Assembly: GCA_964645795.1 (NCBI GenBank)
Contig: CAZYCL010000002.1
Span: forward strand, 208,352 to 272,351
Direction: 5' to 3'
Length of the DNA stretch: 64,000 nt
Origin: an uncultured Planctomycetales bacterium
GTDB lineage: Bacteria; Omnitrophota; Gorgyraeia; Gygaellales; Profunditerraquicolaceae
A program made the position numbers and the translations under genes. Within the stretch, counting starts at the first letter, position 1; each line of letters begins with the position of its first letter. Shown piece after piece: positions 9,518-18,927 of the stretch. A model generated the notes under the pieces. It saw nothing but the letters and a program-made list of their open reading frames with translations. It was not told the origin of the DNA and ran no database searches.

Positions 9518-9940
9518 TCACTGTTCCGTAATCGCCGCGATGTTCAGATTCTTGATGCCTAATTCGGTGAGTATATCCAGCACTCCTACGATATCCTTGA
9601 ATTTCACGAGCCTGTCCGAACGCAAGACTACCGCCAGGCCCGGATTGTTCCTGTATAAATTAGCGACCCTGTCCTTAAGCTCCTTTTTGGTGACTACCGC
9701 CTTATCCAGATAAACCACGCCTTCGTTGCTGACGATAATATTTACCTGCGACTTTTCGTTTATCGGGGTCAGGTGCCTGGCCTCGGGGAGCTTGACTTCC
9801 AGCTTCTGTATCTTATAAGGGCTGAAAGTATAAAGCAGGCTGAATGATATGAAGAAGAATATGAACATATTAAGCACGATATCGGTCATTGCCACCGACT
9901 CCATGCTCACCAGATACGTGCGCCTGCCGGCTATCTTCAT
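9518..9940 (-). CDS. exbD: ExbD/TolR family biopolymer transport protein.
   Basis: Single N-terminal TM helix and a conserved periplasmic domain. 140 aa, paired with the ExbB-like gene. Confidence 0.75.
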   Translation of the reverse strand: MKIAGRRTYLVSMESVAMTDIVLNMFIFFFISFSLLYTFSPYKIQKLEVKLPEARHLTPINEKSQVNIIVSNEGVVYLDKAVVTKKELKDRVANLYRNNPGLAVVLRSDRLVKFKDIVGVLDILTELGIKNLNIAAITEQ

Positions 9941-9943
9941 CGA

Positions 9944-10561
9944 TTAATCCTTGGCCTCGCCGATCACCTCAAGAAGCTGGATGCAGTGGTTGGTAAGCTC
10001 CAGCGATATGTTCTTGATCTTGGTCACGAAATAGTTGTAGCATAAGAATAAGGGTATGGCGATAGACAGGCCTGCGGCGGTGGTAAGCATCGCCTCATAC
10101 ATGCCCGCGGCCAGAACGCTTACCGTTACATTCGCCCCGGCGTTCTCCCAGGACATGAAGGCGCGAATAAGCCCGGTGATAGTGCCTAAGAACCCCATCA
10201 GCGGCTCGATGCTGACGATAGAGACCAGCGCCCCGAGGTTCTTCTCCAGCCTATGCACCTGGTTATTGCCTGCCTGCTCCAGGGTCTTCTCCAGCCTGTT
10301 TAAAGCCAGCTCTCTTCTCTCTATGCCTATCTTAAAAACCGCGGCTACGGGATAGCTGGAGTTACGATCGCACAGCTCCAGCGCCTCTTTGGTCCTGCCG
10401 CCCTTTAAGGCCTTGAAGACCTGCTGGACGAACTGCGTGGCATCCAGCTTCATCACCTGGCGGTACACCCAGAGCCTTTCCAACACTATCGCGAATCCAA
10501 TGATCGAACCCAGGATGATCGGGATCATCATCGGCCCGCCCTTTATAATAAAACCGAACAT
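9944..10561 (-). CDS. exbB: MotA/TolQ/ExbB proton-channel family protein.
   Basis: 205 aa with three TM helices and a TolQ/ExbB-like C-terminus (AIPLFLCYNYFVTKIKNI). Confidence 0.75.
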   Translation of the reverse strand: MFGFIIKGGPMMIPIILGSIIGFAIVLERLWVYRQVMKLDATQFVQQVFKALKGGRTKEALELCDRNSSYPVAAVFKIGIERRELALNRLEKTLEQAGNNQVHRLEKNLGALVSIVSIEPLMGFLGTITGLIRAFMSWENAGANVTVSVLAAGMYEAMLTTAAGLSIAIPLFLCYNYFVTKIKNISLELTNHCIQLLEVIGEAKD

Positions 10562-10608
10562 AAAACCTCCTTCTTGGTTCTGGTATTTGCCGGGAGTTTA
10601 ATGGGATG

Positions 10609-10650
10609 GGATAAAAAAATCACTCTGATCGTTAAGAGTGATGGAATTAA
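10609..10650 (-). terminator. Rho-independent terminator after the 94-aa ORF.
   Basis: Minus-strand hairpin ATCACTCT-8nt-AGAGTGAT followed by TTTTTTTAT. Confidence 0.6.
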
Positions 10651-10724
10651 TATATCAGAAAAACCTTAACTGTCAAGCGATTAGCACGGGGCATCAACGC
10701 AGAAACCGATATACCCGTTTTATC

Positions 10725-11009
10725 CTACCAGGATATCTCTTCATTAATGCCTTTATAAATTTGCTCAAGAGTGATGGTTTTTAAAAAGGCCTGCAAATGC
10801 GGGGGAGCCAAAAACCCGCACCTGCCGCCCCCGGCATCCCAGGCGATGACGACAACCCCGGTCAACCCGCCGTCAGTGGCATACTTCTGAAGGGTAACAC
10901 GGGTCCTGTTTTTTTCGAAAGTTTCTTTGCGGCTGAAATCAGACGGCAGGAGGACGATTATAACGTCCCGCTCCTGCTCTTTAATGTGCGTAACCTTGCA
11001 CTTGGGCAC
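10725..11009 (-). CDS. Hypothetical protein, 94 aa.
   Basis: ORF followed by a strong rho-independent terminator. No family recognised. Confidence 0.35.
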   Translation of the reverse strand: MPKCKVTHIKEQERDVIIVLLPSDFSRKETFEKNRTRVTLQKYATDGGLTGVVVIAWDAGGGRCGFLAPPHLQAFLKTITLEQIYKGINEEISW

Positions 11010-11045
11010 AGCTGCCTCCTTTAACTGCCTGGCGCCCCCCGAAGC

Positions 11046-11702
11046 CTAAAGCTGGCTGATCTTCTCTTTAAGGGCGTATCTGGTAAGCTCCGCGGTGGAA
11101 TGGATGTTGAGCTTGCCCATGATGCTGTTGCGATGGACATGCACGGTATTGGAGGAGATCTCAAGCTTGGCGGCGATCTCTTTGTTGCTCATGCCTTCGG
11201 CAATAAGCTGCAAGACCTCTTTTTCCCTGGCAGAAAGCTGTTCTCTCTTATCATCGCCGCCCTGCTTTGCGCCGCCCTTGCCCAGGAACCCCTTGACCAC
11301 GAAACCGGATATCTTGGAGCTCAGGAAAAACCTGCCCTGGGATACCTCGTGGATAGCCTGGACGATCTCCTGGCTGGCGTTGGTTTTTAACAGATAGCCT
11401 TTTGCCCCGGCCTTAAGGGCCTTTTCGACCAGCAGATTATCGTCGTGCATGCTCAGGATTATCACCTTATTTTTCGGATCGAGCTTTAGCAGCCGCTCGG
11501 CAGTCTGCAAGCCGTTTAAAAGCGGCATGGAGATATCCAGAACATAAATGCAGCCGGGATAGACCCGGGCAAGCTCAAGGACCTCGCAGCCGTTAGAGGC
11601 CTCGCCTACCACCTCTATGGTCCTGTCTTGCTTAGCCAGGGCCGACTTTATTCCTACCCTTACTATTTCATGGTCATCAGCGAGGATCACTTCCGTAGCC
11701 AC
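11046..11702 (-). CDS. NarL/LuxR-family response regulator (REC plus LuxR HTH).
   Basis: Receiver domain ILADDHEIVRVGI...YVLDISMP and C-terminal LSAREKEVLQLIAEGMSNKEIAAKLEISSNTVHVHRNSIMGKL. Confidence 0.85.
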   Translation of the reverse strand: MATEVILADDHEIVRVGIKSALAKQDRTIEVVGEASNGCEVLELARVYPGCIYVLDISMPLLNGLQTAERLLKLDPKNKVIILSMHDDNLLVEKALKAGAKGYLLKTNASQEIVQAIHEVSQGRFFLSSKISGFVVKGFLGKGGAKQGGDDKREQLSAREKEVLQLIAEGMSNKEIAAKLEISSNTVHVHRNSIMGKLNIHSTAELTRYALKEKISQL

Positions 11703-11839
11703 TTATCCCCCTTATCCGCGTCTTTGTTAAAGGTCATTATATACCTTTGTGCGCAGCTTATCAATAATGAAAAGACAGCCCCATGCTAAATGCGCAAAGG
11801 GACTGTCTTTTCGCTTGGAAGCCGGGGCAGAAGCCCCAC

Positions 11840-12337
11840 TTATTTGCCTGTCTCTATGTTTTGCGCTAACGATACGTCTTCTGTAAGCACCCTCTCGATG
11901 TCCAGGAGGATCTTGACTTTATCGCCGACCTTACCGATACCGATAATATAATCGGTGTGGATGCTCGCACCGAACTGCGGCGTAGGCTCGATATTCTCAG
12001 TTGTTATATCAAGCACTTCGGATACATGGTCAACGATAACACCCATAAGGCTGGAGCAGACGTTAAGCACTATGGTGCAGGTCTCGCTGGTATAATCGAC
12101 CTTGGGCATGCCGAACTTCAGCCTTAAATCGATGACCGGAATTATCTTGCCGCGCAGGTTGATCACGCCTTTGACATAATCGGGGACCTTTGGCACGGCG
12201 GTAATATCCATAAGCTTGATTATCTCGCGCACCTGGAGAATCTCCAGGCCGTACTCTTCATGCCCGAGGGCAAAGGTAAGATACTTTCCTTCTTTGGCAA
12301 TGTTGCCTGTATTGTTTTTAACGGCTATAGGGCACAT
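11840..12337 (-). CDS. cheW: Chemotaxis coupling protein CheW.
   Basis: CheW-like domain: LTFALGHEEYGLEILQVREI...VINLRGKIIPVIDLR. Confidence 0.85.
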   Translation of the reverse strand: MCPIAVKNNTGNIAKEGKYLTFALGHEEYGLEILQVREIIKLMDITAVPKVPDYVKGVINLRGKIIPVIDLRLKFGMPKVDYTSETCTIVLNVCSSLMGVIVDHVSEVLDITTENIEPTPQFGASIHTDYIIGIGKVGDKVKILLDIERVLTEDVSLAQNIETGK

Positions 12338-12380
12338 CTTCCGCCTCCTTCGGGTTGCATAGCTTCTAGGCGATTCAAGC

Positions 12381-14003
12381 TTAAAACTCCTTCAGGTCCT
12401 TGGAATCCAGCGGTATGGCCTCGTCGGGTTTGATAACCCTGGGGCCGGATTCGCGTGCGTTGGCATTGATCTTCCTGACGTGGCTAGAGATCCTGTTGTT
12501 GGCGCCTGACGGCTTGGAGGCCGATGCGTGCGCCAGTAAACGCGCATCATTCGATGCCAAGCGGCCGTTTTTGATATGCCCCGATATGATATTTGCCAGA
12601 TCCTGGGCCAACCCCTGAAGAAGCTGTGCCTGGCTGGAGAGCTCTTCGGCGCTGGAGGCACTCTCTTCCGCGGATGAAGCTGTCTCCTGGGTGACCTGGT
12701 TCATCTGATTGACGGCGTTGGTTATCTGGTTGATGCCGCTGGCCTGCTCTTTGCTGGCTGCGGCTATCTCAGAAACTATATTGGCCACCTTCCTGGCCTG
12801 GACCGTGATGTTGTTAAGCGAGTCGCCTACCTGCTTGGCTATATCAGCGCCATTCTTGGCCTTTCCGATATTGTCCTCGATGAGGCTGGCGGTGTCCTTG
12901 GCTGCTTCTGCCGAGCGCTTGGCCAGATTACGCACCTCTTCAGCAACCACGGCAAAACCTTTGCCGTGCTCGCCTGCACGCGCAGCTTCAACCGCGGCGT
13001 TAAGCGCAAGAAGATTGGTCTGGAAGGCTATCTCTTCGATGGTCTTGATGATCTTGGAGATCTTATCCGAAGACTGGTTGAGAACGTTCATCGCCTCCTG
13101 CATATGCGACATGGCGACATTTCCCGATTCAGCGGTAGAGCTGGCTTCCTGGGCGATCTTATCGGCGTTGGTGGCGTTATCCGAGTTCTGGTTGATGGTG
13201 GCGTTCATTTCTTCCAAAGAACTGGATACCTCTTCGATAGAAGAGGCCTGCTCTGTAGCCCCCTGGGAAAGCTGCTGGCTGGCTGCGGCTACCTGTGTGG
13301 AGGCGGCCGTAGTCTGCTCTGATCCGGACCTAAGATTAGCTACGATGTTGTTGATGGGCCGGGCAATGGAACGCGCCAGGATGATGGATACGGCAATGCT
13401 GGCGGAAAAGAGCAACAGGCCGACGATCAAAAATACCGAAAGGACCTGCCAAACTTCCTGCTCTACTTTATCCACATATACGCCGGTCCCCACAATCCAA
13501 CCCCATTGAGGAAATATTTTGATAAACGATATTTTGGGGGAAGGCTTGGTCTCATTGGGCTTGGTCCAGTAATAACTGACAAACCCCTCTCCGCTGCGTT
13601 TGGCTACATCGACCATTTCCATGAACATTAATTTACCCTTAGCGTCTTTATAATCATTGAGCGTCTTGCCTACGAGGTTAACATTAAAAGGATGCATGAT
13701 CATCTTGGGTTCAAGGTCATTGACCCAGAAGTAGTCGTTCTCTCCGTAGATCATGTCTTTGATCGCTGCCTTGGCCGCTTCCTGGGCTTGTTCCCGGGTC
13801 ATGGCCCCTGTTGCCGCCTGTTTGGCATAACCGTTCATAACTCCCCAGGCGCTTTCAACCAGATTTCTGACTTTTTTCTGCTCGCCTTCATAAACATTGG
13901 CCCTGAACTTCGGGAAGACCCACATCAAAAGGCCGGAAAAAGAAAAAGCTATGATGATACAAAGCATGAGTATCTTCTTGAACAAACTCATCTGCTTTAA
14001 CAT
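12381..14003 (-). CDS. Methyl-accepting chemotaxis protein with a periplasmic single-Cache sensor, HAMP and an MCP signalling domain.
   Basis: TM1, Cache-like region ([15 protein letters not shown]), TM2, HAMP, and a conserved MCP hairpin core ([38 protein letters not shown]). Confidence 0.85.
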   Translation of the reverse strand: MLKQMSLFKKILMLCIIIAFSFSGLLMWVFPKFRANVYEGEQKKVRNLVESAWGVMNGYAKQAATGAMTREQAQEAAKAAIKDMIYGENDYFWVNDLEPKMIMHPFNVNLVGKTLNDYKDAKGKLMFMEMVDVAKRSGEGFVSYYWTKPNETKPSPKISFIKIFPQWGWIVGTGVYVDKVEQEVWQVLSVFLIVGLLLFSASIAVSIILARSIARPINNIVANLRSGSEQTTAASTQVAAASQQLSQGATEQASSIEEVSSSLEEMNATINQNSDNATNADKIAQEASSTAESGNVAMSHMQEAMNVLNQSSDKISKIIKTIEEIAFQTNLLALNAAVEAARAGEHGKGFAVVAEEVRNLAKRSAEAAKDTASLIEDNIGKAKNGADIAKQVGDSLNNITVQARKVANIVSEIAAASKEQASGINQITNAVNQMNQVTQETASSAEESASSAEELSSQAQLLQGLAQDLANIISGHIKNGRLASNDARLLAHASASKPSGANNRISSHVRKINANARESGPRVIKPDEAIPLDSKDLKEF

Positions 14004-14090
14004 CTCTGCCTCCTTTTTGACAAACGGTTATTCCGCCTTCCTCTCCCAAGCATACTTCATAATAAAAGCATGCTCCATAGCCTGAAAGGG

Positions 14091-15206
14091 TTATTCGCCC
14101 TGACTTTTTGAGGTTACCCCTTTATCCGGCGTGTCCTTATAAAAGCCGTAAATATCCCGTATCTGATCCAGCGCCTTGAAAAAAGCCTCCACCACCCAGG
14201 GATCAAAACTCCTGCCGCTCTCCGCCTTGATAATCCCCAGGGACTCCTCCCATTCAAGGGGTTTTTTGTAGGGGCGCGCCGAGGTGATCGCATCAAAAAC
14301 ATCCGAAACCGCTACTATCCTTCCGGAAACCGGTATATCCCTTGCCTTCTTTCCACAGGGGTATCCCAGGCCGTCCCATCTTTCGTGATGATTAAAGGCT
14401 ATTTCACAGGCGGCCTTGAGTAGATAATGAGGGCTGTCTCCCAGGATCCTGCCCCCAATCACGGTGTGCGTCTTCATGACTTCAAACTCCTGCGGGGTGA
14501 GCCTGCCCCGCTTAAAGAGGATGCTGTCGGGGATACCGACCTTACCGATATCATGCATCTGGGCGGCATACTCGATTATCTCTACCAGTCGCGGGCCAAG
14601 CCCAAGCTTCTGTACCAATATCTGGCTGTATTTACCTACGCGGATGATATGCCTGCCTATCTCATCATCTTTATATTCAACCGCCATCAGGAGCCTCTTG
14701 ACCACCTCGTGGTTGGACTCAAGCAACATATCGCGGGCCAGGCGCAATTTCCTGGTCCTTTTCAGGACCATATTCTCCAGGGCGTCGTGGTGTTTTTTTA
14801 ATTCCAATATATGTTTTATCCTTAACAGAAACTCTTCCTTTATTACCGGTTTGACCATGAACTCATCCGCCCCGTTCTCCAAGCCGCGGATAACGCACTC
14901 CCTCTCTTTGAGCGCGGTCAACAAGATGATAGGCGTTTTCTTTTCAAGCCTTATGAGCCTGGCTGTTTCATAGCCGGACATCACCGGCATCATCACATCC
15001 AGTATCACCAGATCGATATCTGCTTGCCTGATAATATCCAAAGCCTCTCTTCCGCTTGTGGCCCTGATTGTTTCATAGCCTGCCGGCAAGATAATAGCCT
15101 CAAGGATATCCAGGCAATCCAGGTGATCATCCACCAGCAGTATCCTCTCCTTAGGGAAACCGGTGTTTACCTGCGCCTCTATCGGATTCTCCAAATGCTT
15201 AATCAT
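14091..15206 (-). CDS. Response regulator with an HD-GYP domain (c-di-GMP phosphodiesterase family).
   Basis: N-terminal REC (LLVDDHLDCLDIL...LVILDVMMP) and HD-GYP motifs HDIGKVGIP...HHERWDGLGYP. Confidence 0.8.
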   Translation of the reverse strand: MIKHLENPIEAQVNTGFPKERILLVDDHLDCLDILEAIILPAGYETIRATSGREALDIIRQADIDLVILDVMMPVMSGYETARLIRLEKKTPIILLTALKERECVIRGLENGADEFMVKPVIKEEFLLRIKHILELKKHHDALENMVLKRTRKLRLARDMLLESNHEVVKRLLMAVEYKDDEIGRHIIRVGKYSQILVQKLGLGPRLVEIIEYAAQMHDIGKVGIPDSILFKRGRLTPQEFEVMKTHTVIGGRILGDSPHYLLKAACEIAFNHHERWDGLGYPCGKKARDIPVSGRIVAVSDVFDAITSARPYKKPLEWEESLGIIKAESGRSFDPWVVEAFFKALDQIRDIYGFYKDTPDKGVTSKSQGE

Positions 15207-15595
15207 GGTTTGAGTATTTTTTCTATTGTTTCGAGCAAAAGCGGGGAGTTGACCGGCTTTTCCAAGTAGGAGTCGCCGTAAAGCCTGGAGGCCTCCAGCT
15301 TCGAACAGCCGTCTGCCAATGAAGAAAATATAATGACCGGGATATGCATGGTCTTTTTGTCTTTTTTCAGCCTGCTTAGAACATCCAGTCCGCTCATATG
15401 CGGCATGACAATATCCAGGAGGATTATGTCCGGAGAGAGCTTTTTGGCGTAAGCCACTCCCTGCCGGGGATCACACTGCGAAAACACGATGTATCTGCCG
15501 CTTTTCTCCAAGGCTATCTTGGTCAGCTCCACGCAATCCGGATCATCATCGACTATCAGGACAATTCTTTGGCTCATTCTGACTTCTCCCCGCAA
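15203..15595 (-). CDS. Single-domain CheY-like response regulator receiver.
   Basis: IVLIVDDDPDCVEL...IILLDIVMPHMSGLDVLSRLK. Overlaps the downstream gene by 4 nt. Alternative start M7. Confidence 0.8.
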   Translation of the reverse strand: MRGEVRMSQRIVLIVDDDPDCVELTKIALEKSGRYIVFSQCDPRQGVAYAKKLSPDIILLDIVMPHMSGLDVLSRLKKDKKTMHIPVIIFSSLADGCSKLEASRLYGDSYLEKPVNSPLLLETIEKILKP

Positions 15596-15762
15596 CGATA
15601 AAAAATTACCGGAAGTTACAGTTAAATTCTAATACATTAAAGATAAAACCCAATAGCCTGATGAGGCTAATTTTCTGTATTTATTTGATTAATTATAATG
15701 GAAGAGATAAAACGGCTGGCTTGCTCTAACGGCTTGAAAAAACGAGAGTTAAGAGATTGGGA

Positions 15763-16134
15763 TTACTTGAGAAAACCGGAGATCTCCTGGGCAAATGTCC
15801 TGGTATTGATGGGTTTGGGGATAAAGCCGTATCCCTGGGGGATAATCTTGCTCACTTCTTCTGCTTCCTGACCCACGACCGAAGCCGTAACAAAAACTAC
15901 GGGTATGCTGCAGGCATCTTTATCCTGGTGCAGCAACTTTATTAATTCAAAGCCGCGTATATCCGGAAGCCGTATATCCAGGATGATTATGTCCGGTTTT
16001 TGCCTGCGGACTGCCTCCAGGCCGCCGGCAGCGTCTCTTGCCTGCAAGACCTCGAAACCAGCCTCCATCAATAGATCGCTCTCCAGCTCAAGGTTCCTTT
16101 CGTTATCTTCAATTATCAAAACCCGTTTTTTCAT
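15763..16134 (-). CDS. Single-domain response regulator receiver.
   Basis: VLIIEDNERNLEL...IIILDIRLPDIRGFELIKLL. Overlaps the kinase gene by 4 nt. Confidence 0.8.
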   Translation of the reverse strand: MKKRVLIIEDNERNLELESDLLMEAGFEVLQARDAAGGLEAVRRQKPDIIILDIRLPDIRGFELIKLLHQDKDACSIPVVFVTASVVGQEAEEVSKIIPQGYGFIPKPINTRTFAQEISGFLK

Positions 16135-18716
16135 CTTGCTAATGTCTGCTTTATGGGCAGGGTGAATTTAACTGCTAAACCCCTGTTAATCCCGCCGGAC
16201 TCGATCCAAATATTGCCCTTATGGAGCTCGATCAGCTTCTTGGAGAAAGCCAATCCCAGGCCCGTGCCTTCGGTAACACGGGCATATGCGGATTCTATCC
16301 GCGTAAAAGCCTCAAAGACCCTATCGAGATTCTCAGGGGCCAGCCCAATCCCGGTATCCCAAACCTCAAGGTCAAACTCAGTGTCGTTCCTCTTAGCCTT
16401 GACCCCGACCCTGCCGCCTTCCGGAGTAAACTTTATGGCGTTGGAAAGAAGGTTATAAAAGACCTCCTTGATCTTACGCTCATCTGCCTCGATATCCCCC
16501 AGCCCGTCATTGAGCTCAAGGACGGTCTCGATGCCTTTTTTCAAAGCCAACTCCTTTATCAGGACCTCCGCCTCTTCAATGAGCCCCTTCAGGGAAAAGA
16601 CAGATAAGGACAGCTCCATTTTCCCCGCCTCAACCTTGGCCAGGTCCAAGACGTCGTTTATCAGCGAAAGCAGATGCCTGCCGCTGGCCAATATGTTCCC
16701 CACATATCTTTTCTGTTTATCGTTAAGCGCTCCGAAAGTCTCATCATAAAGGACCTCGGAAAATCCGTTGATGGAGTTAAGCGGGGTCCTCAGCTCATGC
16801 GACATATTGGCCAAAAACTCGGACTTTGCCTTTATGGCTCGCTGCAATTTTTCGGCGGTAGCCCGAAGCACGGAGTTTATCTTTTCCAGCTCCAAAGTCC
16901 GCTCTTTGACTTTTGCCTCCAGGTCGCTGCCGTATTGCCTGAGCTTCTCTTCGGCTTTCTTATGCTCAGTGATATCCAGGGCCGTAAAAATGACCCCGGC
17001 GGAATGATTCTCTTTATTGAGAGCGGTAGAGCTAAGGACTACATCGATGAGTAGGCCGTCTTTGCGCTTCCACCTTGTCTCCACCGTTCCCGAACCCGAA
17101 GCCCTGATCTGACCGTATTTTTCTCTGCCGACGAACTCAAAATCCTCCTGGTTCTGATAGAGGATGCGCGCGTTTTTTCCGATCAGCTCTTCCTGGCTGT
17201 ATCCGGTCATCTGACAGACCTTCTCGTTTACCTGCAGTAATACGCGGTCGGCGACCATCCCGATGCCCACCGGAGCGATATGGATTATGCCCTTAAGCCT
17301 GCTCTCGGTGTCTCTCAAGGCATCTTCCATCATTTTTCGCGCGGTGATATCAAGCACTGAAGATATGATCACTATCTCTTTGCCGTATTGTATGGCCTGA
17401 CAGGACAATACTGCCCACATCTTGCTGCCGTCGCTCTTGCGGCAGCAAAACTCAAAATCTCTCAATATCCCATCGCGCTTAATCGCCTCTATTACCTTGC
17501 GGCGGTCTTCGGGATCATAATACAGGCTTGAGGCGCTGCCTCCCAGCATGTCCCTGAGCTCGAGGTCGAAATAAAGGCAGGCAGATTGATTGGCATAAAG
17601 GATCCTGCCGTCTTCTATGCGCGTAATAAACATCGCAACCGGAGACGCATCCAGTATCGTATTCAGCCGCTCCCAGGCCTGACGGATCTCCTCTTCGGCC
17701 AGCTTTAATCCGGTAATATCCTCGAGGGTCTCTACCGCGCCGATGATACCGCCCTGATCATCCCTGATCGGGGCAGCGGTAAAATAAAGCCATTTTCCGT
17801 CCTGCCCCAGATGAGGAAAGAAGTCTATCCCCTCATAAGCTTCTTTTATGAGCTTGGATTTGCTGTATTTATCGGGATACCACTTGCCTATCTCCTCAAT
17901 ATTCTCATCCACCAAAAGGTCTGCCATGCAGGGCCGCTTGTCTTTATAAAAAGCCCGCCATTGCTGGTCTGAACCGACGATCTCCTGCATCTTTATCCCG
18001 GTGTATTCTTCCAGGGCCCGGTTCCAATAAATAATTCGGTGATCTTTATCGATGACAAACTGCGGGATGGGAGAACCGTTGATGATAGTATTCAACAACA
18101 TCTCCCTGTCCTTAAGCGCTCTTTCCGAATACCTGCGCTCGATTACGTTACCCAAAACATCGCTTACGACCCGCAGCCTTTGGATATCCTCTTGCAGCCA
18201 TTTGAACTCTTTAGTATAAATCCTGAGGTTTATACAACCGTTTATCAATCCGCCCTTACCGCGCAACGGAACCTGCAGCATTGATCTTACGCCTTCCTCT
18301 TTTTCGTCATTCATTTCAGCCAATGCTTCAGGAGGCAGGGTTTTGAACGAGGCTACCAGAATCGGCTCATTGTTTAACAGCCTGTTTTCCGACCAGGGGA
18401 ATCTGCCCAAAGGGACATGCTGGTATTTCTGAGTCAGGTTATACTGGCCAGTAACGCTCCATTCGTAAGGAACGCTCCAGAAGTCCGCCTCAGGATGCAT
18501 CAGGATTAAATATACGTGCTCTGCCTTGAAGAACTCTCCTACATCGCCGAGGCTTAACTGTATGATTTTATCGATCTCGGAAGCGCTGGATGAGACAAAT
18601 CTGCTTAATAGTCTGTTAAGAAGATCGCTAAAGGCGACCTGCAAAAGGAGCTCTTCTTTGGTGGGTCTACTCCCGGGGTTCTCCCTTCTCGGGATTAATA
18701 TCTTCATGATATTCAA
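16131..18716 (-). CDS. Multi-sensor histidine kinase (GAF/PAS repeats, HisKA, HATPase_c).
   Basis: Several PAS-like segments, the H-box ANMSHELRTPLNSINGFSEVL, and N/G1/G2 ATPase boxes (NLLSNAIKFT, DTGIGL, GTGLGLAFSKKLIELHKGNIWIES). Confidence 0.85.
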   Translation of the reverse strand: MNIMKILIPRRENPGSRPTKEELLLQVAFSDLLNRLLSRFVSSSASEIDKIIQLSLGDVGEFFKAEHVYLILMHPEADFWSVPYEWSVTGQYNLTQKYQHVPLGRFPWSENRLLNNEPILVASFKTLPPEALAEMNDEKEEGVRSMLQVPLRGKGGLINGCINLRIYTKEFKWLQEDIQRLRVVSDVLGNVIERRYSERALKDREMLLNTIINGSPIPQFVIDKDHRIIYWNRALEEYTGIKMQEIVGSDQQWRAFYKDKRPCMADLLVDENIEEIGKWYPDKYSKSKLIKEAYEGIDFFPHLGQDGKWLYFTAAPIRDDQGGIIGAVETLEDITGLKLAEEEIRQAWERLNTILDASPVAMFITRIEDGRILYANQSACLYFDLELRDMLGGSASSLYYDPEDRRKVIEAIKRDGILRDFEFCCRKSDGSKMWAVLSCQAIQYGKEIVIISSVLDITARKMMEDALRDTESRLKGIIHIAPVGIGMVADRVLLQVNEKVCQMTGYSQEELIGKNARILYQNQEDFEFVGREKYGQIRASGSGTVETRWKRKDGLLIDVVLSSTALNKENHSAGVIFTALDITEHKKAEEKLRQYGSDLEAKVKERTLELEKINSVLRATAEKLQRAIKAKSEFLANMSHELRTPLNSINGFSEVLYDETFGALNDKQKRYVGNILASGRHLLSLINDVLDLAKVEAGKMELSLSVFSLKGLIEEAEVLIKELALKKGIETVLELNDGLGDIEADERKIKEVFYNLLSNAIKFTPEGGRVGVKAKRNDTEFDLEVWDTGIGLAPENLDRVFEAFTRIESAYARVTEGTGLGLAFSKKLIELHKGNIWIESGGINRGLAVKFTLPIKQTLAR

Positions 18717-18764
18717 AGAGTTAGATAAGCTTTACGTATAAGAGGGCCGGTGGAAAATAAAAAA

Positions 18765-18800
18765 ACCCAGATGCTGACTTCTGATCATCTGGGCCAATAT
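18765..18800 (-). terminator. Rho-independent terminator downstream of gltD.
   Basis: Minus-strand hairpin CCCAGATG-loop-CATCTGGG followed by TTTTTTTATTTT. Confidence 0.55.
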
Positions 18801-18927
18801 CAGACTGAAAACCTTCTTAAATCAGTCACTTTATTGTTCTCCTAGGTAGTTATAGTATATACCAATGAAAAGGGGTTTTTCAAGCTAATATTAACAGGGG
18901 GTTAGGACAGGGACGTTAAGGATAGGC

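Noticed and set aside
12709-13509. 266-aa plus-strand ORF inside the MCP gene
   Set aside because: It is an Ala/Ser-rich antisense artefact of the highly repetitive MCP signalling-domain coding sequence.
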